Assembly (NCBI RefSeq): GCF_002087085.1
Contig: NZ_MWQY01000002.1
Coordinates: forward strand, 303,106 to 323,105
Length of the DNA: 20,000 nt
Direction of reading: 5' to 3'
Shown: in pieces, positions 8,641 through 16,129 of the stretch
Layout: each line of letters starts with the position of its first letter
How positions within the stretch are numbered: the first letter of the stretch is position 1
Notes under the pieces: model-generated
The model's input: only the letters and a program-made list of their open reading frames with translations
Database searches by the model: none
What the model was told of the DNA's origin: nothing
Translations under genes and position numbers: made by a program

Positions 8641-8991
8641 CTATCTAATATGGAGCAGATATTTATTTACGATAATTACCAGCAGTGCAATAATGAGCCA
8701 CACAAGAACAGATAACAGTATTGATGAACGATAGCTGTACCGGTTAAGAAAACAGTAAAAGGATATGAGAAAACCAAGGGTTGTCGGAAAGGATACGATA
8801 CTGAACAGGGCAATATTCTGCAGCTGCCGGGGAGAAGCACTTCTGCCTATGAAGAAAAATCCTATAACCGTCACTATTGGAAACAGGACCAGCAGGCCGG
8901 AGAGGTGGGGAAGCTTCGACTTTGAAACAAGGGAAACAAGAACGATGAGGCTTCCTCCCACAGTAAACCTGATCAGCATCTCCATCCACAT
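8641..8991 (-). CDS. GlpM/YdgC-like small membrane protein
   Basis: 116 aa, about 4 TM segments. RF..GG.LIVLVSLVSK...HLSGLLVLFP resembles the YdgC/GlpM N-terminus. Confidence 0.7.
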   Translation of the reverse strand: MWMEMLIRFTVGGSLIVLVSLVSKSKLPHLSGLLVLFPIVTVIGFFFIGRSASPRQLQNIALFSIVSFPTTLGFLISFYCFLNRYSYRSSILLSVLVWLIIALLVIIVNKYLLHIR

Positions 8992-9005
8992 ACCATACCC
9001 CGGAT

Positions 9006-10079
9006 TTACAGACTGAGAATACGGTGCTGTATATAGTCCCGCAGATATGAGTAGCTGATATGTATTCGACCGTCCCGCCCCTGAATGACGGAGGGATAGG
9101 AGTAATCACCGATAAAGGAACCTTTATGATCGTGCTCCGAACGCAGATTCGGATCCGATTCGACGACCAGCTCCTTTTTCCAGTTGAGTCCCAGATCATC
9201 GGAACTCGATATTACCAGCGGATTCCGCGGGACTCCCCATACGGCGCTCTTTTCAGTAATCCGGCACTGCCTGAGAAAATCCTCCTTATCCTGTATCCAG
9301 GGAGGAATTGAGCTTTCGCTTTTTCGTCCCCGGGCGGAATTCTCGTTATAGATAATCAGGATTCGATCATCCGACAGCAACCGTGCCTGAATTGAGGCAT
9401 TGTTGTTGGGAAGTTCGGTAGCTTCAGGTTTGGACCAGCTCAATCCATCGTCATCGGAAACACTGCGGTAGATTCTGTCCGATCTTCTGCTTCTGTAGAA
9501 AGCCGCCCTGCAATTTGACAGAATATTCATGTGAACACAGCCGTTGCTTTCAGGAACTTCGATGGTTTCCCAGCTTGAACCGCCGTCCCGGGAGACCATG
9601 ACCAGACTAGTATCATCCCCGAAGGCGTTTTTTATATTGCTGTGCCAGATTGGTACAAGAATATATCCCCTGGAGTTGACAACAGGAGTCTGCCTGATGA
9701 AGGTACCTTCCCCTGTAAAGAGGTCTTCGATTCCTTCCCAGGTTTTTCCACCGTCCCTGGAGCGACGACGCCGGACAATGGCCGTTCCCTGGTCCGTTTT
9801 CAATTGGGCGGTATAGAGAAGCCACAGCTCTTTCCCTGGGCTTGTAAAAATAACCGGATTCTGTTCCGACCGTGTGGGATCATCAGACATCTTCTCCGCC
9901 GGACTCCAGGTTTCACTGGAAGAATCGAAACGGGAAAGATAGATGCTTACGTCGGAGGATCCTTCCATACTGCCGCCGAACCAGGTGCACAGCAGATTTC
10001 CGTCCTCAAGCTCCAGCAGATTGGAGGCATGATTGCTTGTACAGGGTGTGGGTATTTTATGTGAACTGATAATCTTCAT
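9006..10079 (-). CDS. Sialidase-fold (BNR/Asp-box) beta-propeller protein, no signal peptide
   Basis: Asp-boxes SRDGGKTW, SRDGGSSW, SDDDGLSW and SDDLGLNW, plus C-terminal DYSYPS. Preferred start is ATG 10079 after AGGA; an alternative in-frame ATG is at 10124. Confidence 0.85.
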   Translation of the reverse strand: MKIISSHKIPTPCTSNHASNLLELEDGNLLCTWFGGSMEGSSDVSIYLSRFDSSSETWSPAEKMSDDPTRSEQNPVIFTSPGKELWLLYTAQLKTDQGTAIVRRRRSRDGGKTWEGIEDLFTGEGTFIRQTPVVNSRGYILVPIWHSNIKNAFGDDTSLVMVSRDGGSSWETIEVPESNGCVHMNILSNCRAAFYRSRRSDRIYRSVSDDDGLSWSKPEATELPNNNASIQARLLSDDRILIIYNENSARGRKSESSIPPWIQDKEDFLRQCRITEKSAVWGVPRNPLVISSSDDLGLNWKKELVVESDPNLRSEHDHKGSFIGDYSYPSVIQGRDGRIHISYSYLRDYIQHRILSL

Positions 10080-10138
10080 CTTTCTATCCTGTTTAATCTC
10101 AAGAATATAAAATATGCTGAGCATATTTCTGTTTTTCC

Positions 10139-10154
10139 TGCAGTTTTCATGCCA
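10139..10154 (-). promoter_or_regulatory. Sigma-54 (-24/-12) promoter of the sialidase-fold/glpM-like pair
   Basis: Minus strand TGGCATGAAAACTGCA, with GG-N10-GC spacing, intergenic and in the correct orientation. Confidence 0.65.
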
Positions 10155-10258
10155 TTATTCATTACCCGGAAGAGCTGAATCTAATTCTTGACTGTACAAA
10201 CAATTATTTACCGCCAGCAATACCGGATTATTGAGGAGAATTCAATGCTGCAGGATTA

Positions 10259-10281
10259 TGGTGAAATTATCACCACCAGCG
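10259..10281. promoter_or_regulatory. Palindrome TGGTGA-aatta-TCACCA with a ccagcg extension shared with 8605-8618
   Basis: Seen directly. Its centre is 127 bp upstream of the -12 C at 10140, and it abuts the GGDEF stop codon. Confidence 0.55.
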
Positions 10282-10282
10282 A

Positions 10283-11482
10283 CTAATTATTATCCATCTG
10301 ATGCAGGGCTTTTACCGCCCGATGGAGCAGTCCGGAGCCGACAATGGAGGTGGTATTCCGCCCCGCATGTTTTGAACGATATAGCGCGGTATCCGCGAGA
10401 TAGCAGAGATCCTCCCTGGAGATCGTATCGTCGCTGTTGAAAGCAACGCAGCCGATACTGGCGGTTACCCGGATTTCCTGGTTCATATAGAAAAACCGGC
10501 GGACCTCGATGGACCTGCGCAGACGCTCTGCAATTGAGTAGGCTGCACAGGCATCGGCATTGTGCAGGAGCACCATGAACTCTTCTCCCCCAAAACGAGC
10601 GGCCACGTCGCCTTCACGCACGGAGCTTCCGATCATGGAAGCCACCTCTTTTAACACGAGGTCCCCCGCCAGGTGACCGTATCTGTCGTTCAGACGCTTG
10701 AAATAGTCAAGGTCGATCATCAGGATGCTGAATACCCCGCCGTAGCGTTTTGTCCTGCTGATCTCCTCTTCCATCTCTGATTGAATAAAGGCGGTGTTGA
10801 AAAGCCGGGTCTTGGAGTCGGTTACGGAACTTGAATAATGGATGCTGTTCTGCATGGCGATGGATACGAAGCTCATCAGCCTGTCCACATACGCAAGTTC
10901 ACTTATGGAATAATCCCCCCCCACGATTTTGGATGAAATCACGACCATACCATAGAGACCTGTATGGCCTTTCACCGGGATTACAAGCTCCGGGTCCATA
11001 ATATTCAGATCTTCAAGTGCAACGGGATCCTGCAGCTTTACCTGCATATCGGAAAAGCGGACAAGACCGATGTTTTCAGAAAAAAAGCCGTCGAAGGGTG
11101 ATAAATCAATAAGATGGGTCTCAGGAGGATCTTCCTTCATATTCCGGAAGGAGAGGACCTTGACCTCCGGTCCGCCGTCCTGGGAGTAGATAAAGGAGAG
11201 ACGCCGGGGTATGAATTTATTCAGGAGAAATCCCGCGGCAGTGCGGGCTATTTCAGGGATCTCTGTCTGGGTAAATATGACAGTCGCTTCCCCCAGAAGA
11301 TCATTCCGTTCAATAACAAGACTTTTGAGGCGGTTAATTTCTTCGATTATACCCAGACGGTCGAGAAGATCGTAATGAGAAAGCACCTCAGGGGTGTTCA
11401 GAGCATCCGTCATTTCTTTTCCATCACGACCATTACCGTCGAACATGAAGACGATTGTAACCAAGAACCTTTTTCTCGACAA
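10283..11482 (-). CDS. Diguanylate cyclase (N-terminal GAF-like region + GGDEF domain)
   Basis: Motifs TDSKTRLFN, MIDLDYFKRLNDRYGHLAGD, I-site REGD and ARFGGEEF. Start uncertain (TTG 11482, ATG 11446 or ATG 11413). Confidence 0.9.
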   Translation of the reverse strand: MSRKRFLVTIVFMFDGNGRDGKEMTDALNTPEVLSHYDLLDRLGIIEEINRLKSLVIERNDLLGEATVIFTQTEIPEIARTAAGFLLNKFIPRRLSFIYSQDGGPEVKVLSFRNMKEDPPETHLIDLSPFDGFFSENIGLVRFSDMQVKLQDPVALEDLNIMDPELVIPVKGHTGLYGMVVISSKIVGGDYSISELAYVDRLMSFVSIAMQNSIHYSSSVTDSKTRLFNTAFIQSEMEEEISRTKRYGGVFSILMIDLDYFKRLNDRYGHLAGDLVLKEVASMIGSSVREGDVAARFGGEEFMVLLHNADACAAYSIAERLRRSIEVRRFFYMNQEIRVTASIGCVAFNSDDTISREDLCYLADTALYRSKHAGRNTTSIVGSGLLHRAVKALHQMDNN

Positions 11483-11509
11483 GACGGGCAGGAAGAAGAT
11501 AAAATATCT

Positions 11510-11539
11510 TTGTTATCAGCATGGTTTTTGGTATGCTGA
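11510..11539 (+). promoter_or_regulatory. Possible sigma-70 promoter for the DUF1761 gene, overlapped by an inverted repeat
   Basis: TTGTTA-N16-TATGCT with a TG extended -10. Inverted repeat tcagcat-N10-atgctga spans 11516-11539. Confidence 0.35.
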
Positions 11540-11590
11540 GCGGGGCGAACAGGCATTTTCCTTTTTAGTCGCCCTGACAAGGAGGACGGG

Positions 11591-11998
11591 ATGGACCAAT
11601 TTGAACTTAGTCTTCTGGGAATTCTGCTGGCAGTTGTCTATAATCTTGTGATCGGCAGTCTCTGGTACAGCCCAATGATGTTTGGAAACCGATGGACTGT
11701 GCTTGTAGGTCACCGGGAGGATGATCTTCAGGGAGGGATGACCCCTGGAATAATGCTGGGCGCCCTGGCGGTAGCGCTGGTTGAAGCCCTGGGTTTCAGC
11801 CTTCTCAAGAACTTTACCGGTATGGACGGTTTTTTTGGAGGACTTTTTCTGGGGCTTTTTATCTGGCTGGTTTTCCTCGTACCCCCCTTCTTTAATCGTG
11901 TTCTCTATGAAAAAGCACCCAGAGAACTTTATTTTATCAATGCCGGCACGAATATGGTCACCTTTGCCGGTATGGCCGCCATAATCGGAGCGGTATAA
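11591..11998 (+). CDS. DUF1761 family membrane protein
   Basis: 135 aa with IGSLWYSPMMFGNRW and 4 hydrophobic segments. AGGAGG SD present. Confidence 0.8.
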   Translation: MDQFELSLLGILLAVVYNLVIGSLWYSPMMFGNRWTVLVGHREDDLQGGMTPGIMLGALAVALVEALGFSLLKNFTGMDGFFGGLFLGLFIWLVFLVPPFFNRVLYEKAPRELYFINAGTNMVTFAGMAAIIGAV

Positions 11999-12008
11999 CA
12001 GGTTCGAC

Positions 12009-12050
12009 ACAAAAAAGAAAAGGACCGCCCGCCGGACGGTCCTTTTTTGT
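12009..12050. terminator. Bidirectional intrinsic terminator between the convergent DUF1761 and SDR genes
   Basis: aaaaggaccg...cggtcctttt GC stem flanked by an A-run on the left and a T-run on the right. Confidence 0.85.
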
Positions 12051-12069
12051 ACCTGTCTTTCTCGAACCC

Positions 12070-12831
12070 TTAATACGCAGTCAGGCCGCCGTCTACCGGC
12101 AGATTGACTCCATTCAGGAACGAAGCCTCTTCGGATGCAAGGTAGAGAAAAGCCTGGGCGACATCTTCCGAGGTGGCAAGACGGCCAAGGGGGATCTCTC
12201 CATATCGCTGTTCCCTCAGTACAGGATCTGTCAGAACCTTCTGCAGGCCCGGGGTATCCACGGTACTGGGATGAATACTGTTGCAGCGTACGTTGTCCTT
12301 CGCGTAACGGGAGGCAATTGATTTGGTCAGCAGGGTCAGCGCCCCTTTGCACATGGTATAGGTCTCATTGGTGAATTTGTGTCCCACAAGACCGCAGATG
12401 GATACCATGTTAAGAATGGAACCGCCACCGGAGTTTCTCATAAGCGGCAGGGCGTGTTTAATCCCCATAAAGGGGCCTTTGATATTGACAGAGAGCATGG
12501 TGTCCAGGTCAGCTTCGGGCATCTCTTCGATATCCTTACGGATATTGATTCCCGCATTATTCACCAGAACATCCAGCCGACCCCGGGAACCCCTGATGGT
12601 ATCCATGACTTGCTGCCAGTTGGCTTCTTTGGAAATATCCAGAAAAGCGAATTCGGCACCACCGGCCTCAGCCGGTTGAGGCGCGAGCTCTTTCGCAAGC
12701 GCCTCTCCGGCTTCCCGGTTCATATCGCAGATAAAGACATAGGCACCCTCTTTGCGAAAGGTCGCGGCAACTGCTGCGCCTATTCCCATGGCACCACCTG
12801 TGATAATACAGACTTTATCCCGCAGTTTCAT
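12070..12831 (-). CDS. Short-chain dehydrogenase/reductase (SDR)
   Basis: Motifs TGGAMGIG, NNAG, YTMCK (YxxxK) and PVDGG. Confidence 0.93.
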   Translation of the reverse strand: MKLRDKVCIITGGAMGIGAAVAATFRKEGAYVFICDMNREAGEALAKELAPQPAEAGGAEFAFLDISKEANWQQVMDTIRGSRGRLDVLVNNAGINIRKDIEEMPEADLDTMLSVNIKGPFMGIKHALPLMRNSGGGSILNMVSICGLVGHKFTNETYTMCKGALTLLTKSIASRYAKDNVRCNSIHPSTVDTPGLQKVLTDPVLREQRYGEIPLGRLATSEDVAQAFLYLASEEASFLNGVNLPVDGGLTAY

Positions 12832-12842
12832 GACGCCGGGCC

Positions 12843-13739
12843 TCAGGACTGTTTTCCGGCTCGGACCTTAACGCCCGCCAGCTTTTCATAGTACTGAATA
12901 ATTCCGCCGTGATCGTCCTTCTGCTTGCCGTCAACCTTGAGGGCCTGCATGATCTCCATGGACTGAGCAGTGAGGGGTACGGGTACTGAAAGCTCGTGAG
13001 CGGTATCCAGGGCATTCTGAATGTCCTTGATATGCAGCTCAATCCGGAAACCGGGCTTGTAGTTGCCTTCCAGGACCATGGGAGACTTGGCATTCAGAAC
13101 AGTGCTGCCGGCCAGTCCGCCCTTGATGGCGTTAAAGACCTTTTCCGGATCAACGCCGGCTTTGGTCGCGAGAACATAGGCCTCCGACATTGCCGAGATG
13201 TTCAGGGCGACAATAATCTGGTTGGCAAGCTTGGTGACGTTACCGGCGCCGATATCTCCGCAGAGAACAGCGGACGCACCCATTACAAGGAGTATGTCCT
13301 TAACTTTGTTGAATACCTCTTCCTTTCCACCGACCATGATTGCAAGACTTCCGTCAATCGCCTTGGGCTCTCCGCCGGAAACCGGAGCGTCAATCATTTC
13401 TATGCCTTTCTTGGCAAGCTCGGCAGCCACTTCCTGGGAAGCGAGGGGAGCAATGGAGCTCATATCCACTACAATGCTGCCGGACTTCGCACCCTCGATA
13501 ATGCCGCCTTCTCCAAGACATACAGCCTTGACGTGAGGAGAGTTGGGCAGCATGGTGATGATAATATCGGTCTTGCCGGCGACGTCCGCTGCGGAGGTTC
13601 CCGCTTCGGCTCCAGCCGCTACAACCTCATCCAGATTAGGCTTAACTACATCAAATGCAACAATCTCGTAACCTGCTTTAAGCAGATTCTTTGCCATGGG
13701 CTTACCCATGATTCCAAGACCAACAAATCCAAGTTTCAT
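12843..13739 (-). CDS. garR: 2-hydroxy-3-oxopropionate (tartronate semialdehyde) reductase
   Basis: GLGIMGKPM.KNLLKAGY, ITMLPNSPHVK, DMSSIAPLAS, DAPVSGGEPKAIDG, GAGNVTKLANQ and PGFRI.LHIKD closely follow E. coli GarR. Start is ATG 13739 after AAGGAG. Confidence 0.88.
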   Translation of the reverse strand: MKLGFVGLGIMGKPMAKNLLKAGYEIVAFDVVKPNLDEVVAAGAEAGTSAADVAGKTDIIITMLPNSPHVKAVCLGEGGIIEGAKSGSIVVDMSSIAPLASQEVAAELAKKGIEMIDAPVSGGEPKAIDGSLAIMVGGKEEVFNKVKDILLVMGASAVLCGDIGAGNVTKLANQIIVALNISAMSEAYVLATKAGVDPEKVFNAIKGGLAGSTVLNAKSPMVLEGNYKPGFRIELHIKDIQNALDTAHELSVPVPLTAQSMEIMQALKVDGKQKDDHGGIIQYYEKLAGVKVRAGKQS

Positions 13740-13833
13740 CTCAATACTCCTTAATAGATAAAATTTCCATAAAAAAATATGAATCTCCGGGCCGCAGATA
13801 CGGCCGGCGACTTCCATAACTCACACGCACTGA

Positions 13834-14547
13834 TCAGTCCCCGGTAAATCGCTTCTCTTCCCTGAGGCGGACAATAGTCCGGGTAACATGTTCCTCCATA
13901 AGCGCCTGTGCTGTCTGACTGTCCCTCTTCTTTATTGCATCAAGGATGCGCTTGTGAAAATCAAGTCCGTCCTGGGGGCCCAGCAGACTGACGATATTCT
14001 CCATGGAGGCACAGAGAATATCCTTTATGATGCTGTTCACCTTGAAAAAAACCTGGTTTTTGGTCGCCCCGGCCAAAGCAAGGTGAAAATCCAGGTCCGC
14101 ATGGGCAAACTCGGTGCTGTTCTCTTTACATTCCACCATCTTCTGATAGTAACTATCGAGGATTGCGATATCCGCTTTGGTGGCTTTTTCCACAACCAGG
14201 GCGACTATGCCCTTTTCCATGGTCTGCCGGTATTCAAGAACATCATAGATGCTGGTCCGGTCGAGGACCAACGCGGGAAGAAGATTGTTAATGTAACAGT
14301 CCGAGGAGGCGGAACAGACAAAACTCCCCTCGCCGTGTCGGGTTTCAAGCAGCCCCAGAGTAGCCAGTCTATGCAGGGCTTCACGTACAGAGACCCGGCT
14401 TACACCGAAGAGTTCGGATAATTCTCCCTCCGATGGGAGCTTCTCTCCGGCCTGCCAGACACCTTCTATGAGACGGGCTTTAAGCTGTTGAAAGACCTGG
14501 GCACTGACACGTTCGCGCCGTACCCGTTGTACCGTTACCTTGTTCAT
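13834..14547 (-). CDS. GntR family, FadR-subfamily transcriptional regulator
   Basis: wHTH KLPSEGELSELFGVSRVSVREAL..L...GLLETRHGEGSFV, with an FCD domain containing DLDFH..LA.AT.N and H.RILDAI. Confidence 0.93.
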   Translation of the reverse strand: MNKVTVQRVRRERVSAQVFQQLKARLIEGVWQAGEKLPSEGELSELFGVSRVSVREALHRLATLGLLETRHGEGSFVCSASSDCYINNLLPALVLDRTSIYDVLEYRQTMEKGIVALVVEKATKADIAILDSYYQKMVECKENSTEFAHADLDFHLALAGATKNQVFFKVNSIIKDILCASMENIVSLLGPQDGLDFHKRILDAIKKRDSQTAQALMEEHVTRTIVRLREEKRFTGD

Positions 14548-14560
14548 CCTCTCTGACCAC

Positions 14561-14594
14561 TTGTATGATAACTTACAATGTCGCCAGCTGTCAA
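14561..14594 (-). promoter_or_regulatory. Sigma-70-type promoter of the regulator overlapped by an operator-like palindrome
   Basis: Minus strand TTGACA-N18-TATCAT. The palindrome TTGTA-tgataact-TACAA at 14561-14578 covers the -10. Confidence 0.6.
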
Positions 14595-14598
14595 CGCA

Positions 14599-15435
14599 TC
14601 ACGATGGCCAGACCTGGCTGCCTCCGTCGACCCGAATGACCTCTCCGGTAATAAAACGGGAGGCATCGGTTGCCAGGAATTCCACCGCCGTAGCTACCTC
14701 CTCGGGCCAGCCGTACCGGTCCAGGGTCCCCTCATGGACCTTCCGGGAATCATCCGTCGGCCTTGAGGCAATATAACGCTCGGTGAGGGTATCCCCGGGG
14801 GCAATAACGTTGACATTGATGTCCCAGGGCCTCAGCTGAACTGCCAGACAGCGGGAGTACTCATGCACTGCGGCTTTTGAAGATGCGTAGATAGCCGCAC
14901 CGGGAAGACCTTTAAGCCCGGCGATGCTTCCGATATTGATTATCTTCCCGCTTTTCCTCTCCATCATCTCCGGGGCTACCGCCTTGCAGCTGTATACACA
15001 GGTCAGGAAGTTCCGATCCATAACGGTTTTTATGTCTTCCACGGATATGTTTGTCGCATCGTTGCCATCGGGTTTTCCCGCCATATCCGCCGCCACACCC
15101 TTCGTGCCGATATCACCCCCGGCATTGTTGACCAGAACATCGATGGCCCCGAGTTTCTGGTGGATCTCATCAACAATCCTCTGTACTGCCTTCCAGTCGG
15201 TAAGGTCTCCCGTTACCGCCAGACAGGTAACTCCGTATTTTTCGGCCACAGCCTTTGCGTTGCTTTCCAGGCTCTCCCCTTCGTTGAAGACTCTGGTGGA
15301 GTCCGGACGGCTGCCGTGTATAACCACGTTGGCCCCACAGGAAGCGAAGTGTTCAGCAATGGCTTTTCCAATACCCCGGGAAGAACCTGTTACCCAGACA
15401 TTCTTTCCGGAGAGGGAAAGATTTCTATTTTGCAT
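14599..15435 (-). CDS. Short-chain dehydrogenase/reductase (SDR)
   Basis: Motifs TGSSRGIG, NNAG, GSIAG, YASSK and RVDGG. AGGAG SD present. Confidence 0.93.
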   Translation of the reverse strand: MQNRNLSLSGKNVWVTGSSRGIGKAIAEHFASCGANVVIHGSRPDSTRVFNEGESLESNAKAVAEKYGVTCLAVTGDLTDWKAVQRIVDEIHQKLGAIDVLVNNAGGDIGTKGVAADMAGKPDGNDATNISVEDIKTVMDRNFLTCVYSCKAVAPEMMERKSGKIINIGSIAGLKGLPGAAIYASSKAAVHEYSRCLAVQLRPWDINVNVIAPGDTLTERYIASRPTDDSRKVHEGTLDRYGWPEEVATAVEFLATDASRFITGEVIRVDGGSQVWPS

Positions 15436-15450
15436 AGCTAACTCCTAGAT

Positions 15451-15498
15451 TAGTATGATATAATACAACATTATGTGGGGAAATGGACACAATCTCAA
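15451..15498 (-). promoter_or_regulatory. Sigma-70-type promoter of the SDR plus a second operator-like palindrome
   Basis: Minus strand TTGAGA-N17-CATAAT (15498-15470). TAGTA-tgatataa-TACAA at 15451-15468 covers the predicted +1. Confidence 0.55.
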
Positions 15499-15589
15499 GG
15501 GTAAATGCGGAAATTGCATTTTAATTTGATACCGCACCCCATACCCGCCGTATTCTGTACGGATAAATCTGCACCTTACGGAGAGAAGG

Positions 15590-16117
15590 ATGGAAAAGAA
15601 AACTGTCGAAAAGATAGCGAAGAAAGCCTACGATCTTGGTTTTAGCTTTGAAAAAGAGTATCGGGGCTGCGCCCAGTGCGCCATCGCGGCCCTGCAGGAT
15701 GCGCTGGAGGTACGGAACCCCGAGACCGACGCTATTTTTAAGGCGGCCACAGGAATGGCCGGGGGCGGAGCCAGGCAGATCGATGGAAACTGCGGCGCCT
15801 ATGCCGGAGGAACCATGATGATCGGCTACCATGTCGGCCGGGAGCGGGACAACTTCGCCGATCCTGAACAGATCAGGATGGAGAACTTCAGACTGGTCAA
15901 GAAGCTGCATCAGCGCTTCATCGACGAGTTCGGTACTGTCACCTGCAGCGAGATCCACACCCGCACCATGGGCCGCCCATTCTATATTGAAGATCCCGAC
16001 GAGTTCCAGAAATTCGAGAATGCCGGGGCTCACACCGACAAGTGCACCCGGGTCGTCGCCCTGGCGGCCAAATGGAGCACCGAGATCCTGGCGGAAGAGG
16101 GATACCTGGATAAATAA
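15590..16117 (+). CDS. C_GCAxxG_C_C family putative redox-active protein
   Basis: Cys pattern GCAQC ... GNCGAYAGG ... TCSEI ... KCTRVV. GGAG SD present. Confidence 0.85.
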   Translation: MEKKTVEKIAKKAYDLGFSFEKEYRGCAQCAIAALQDALEVRNPETDAIFKAATGMAGGGARQIDGNCGAYAGGTMMIGYHVGRERDNFADPEQIRMENFRLVKKLHQRFIDEFGTVTCSEIHTRTMGRPFYIEDPDEFQKFENAGAHTDKCTRVVALAAKWSTEILAEEGYLDK

Positions 16118-16129
16118 AAGCTCCGGGTA

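Noticed and set aside
8588..10281. Integron attC-like cassette interpretation of the repeats
   Set aside because: No RYYYAAC/GTTRRRY core pair bounds the hairpins and there is no integrase.
11516..12352. 278-aa minus-strand ORF
   Set aside because: It overlaps the SDR out of frame, crosses a terminator and is antisense to the DUF1761 gene. The composition is not protein-like.
13787..13807. GC hairpin between the regulator and garR as a terminator or riboswitch
   Set aside because: The stem is short and bulged, the U-run is displaced by about 10 nt, and no riboswitch consensus is recognisable.
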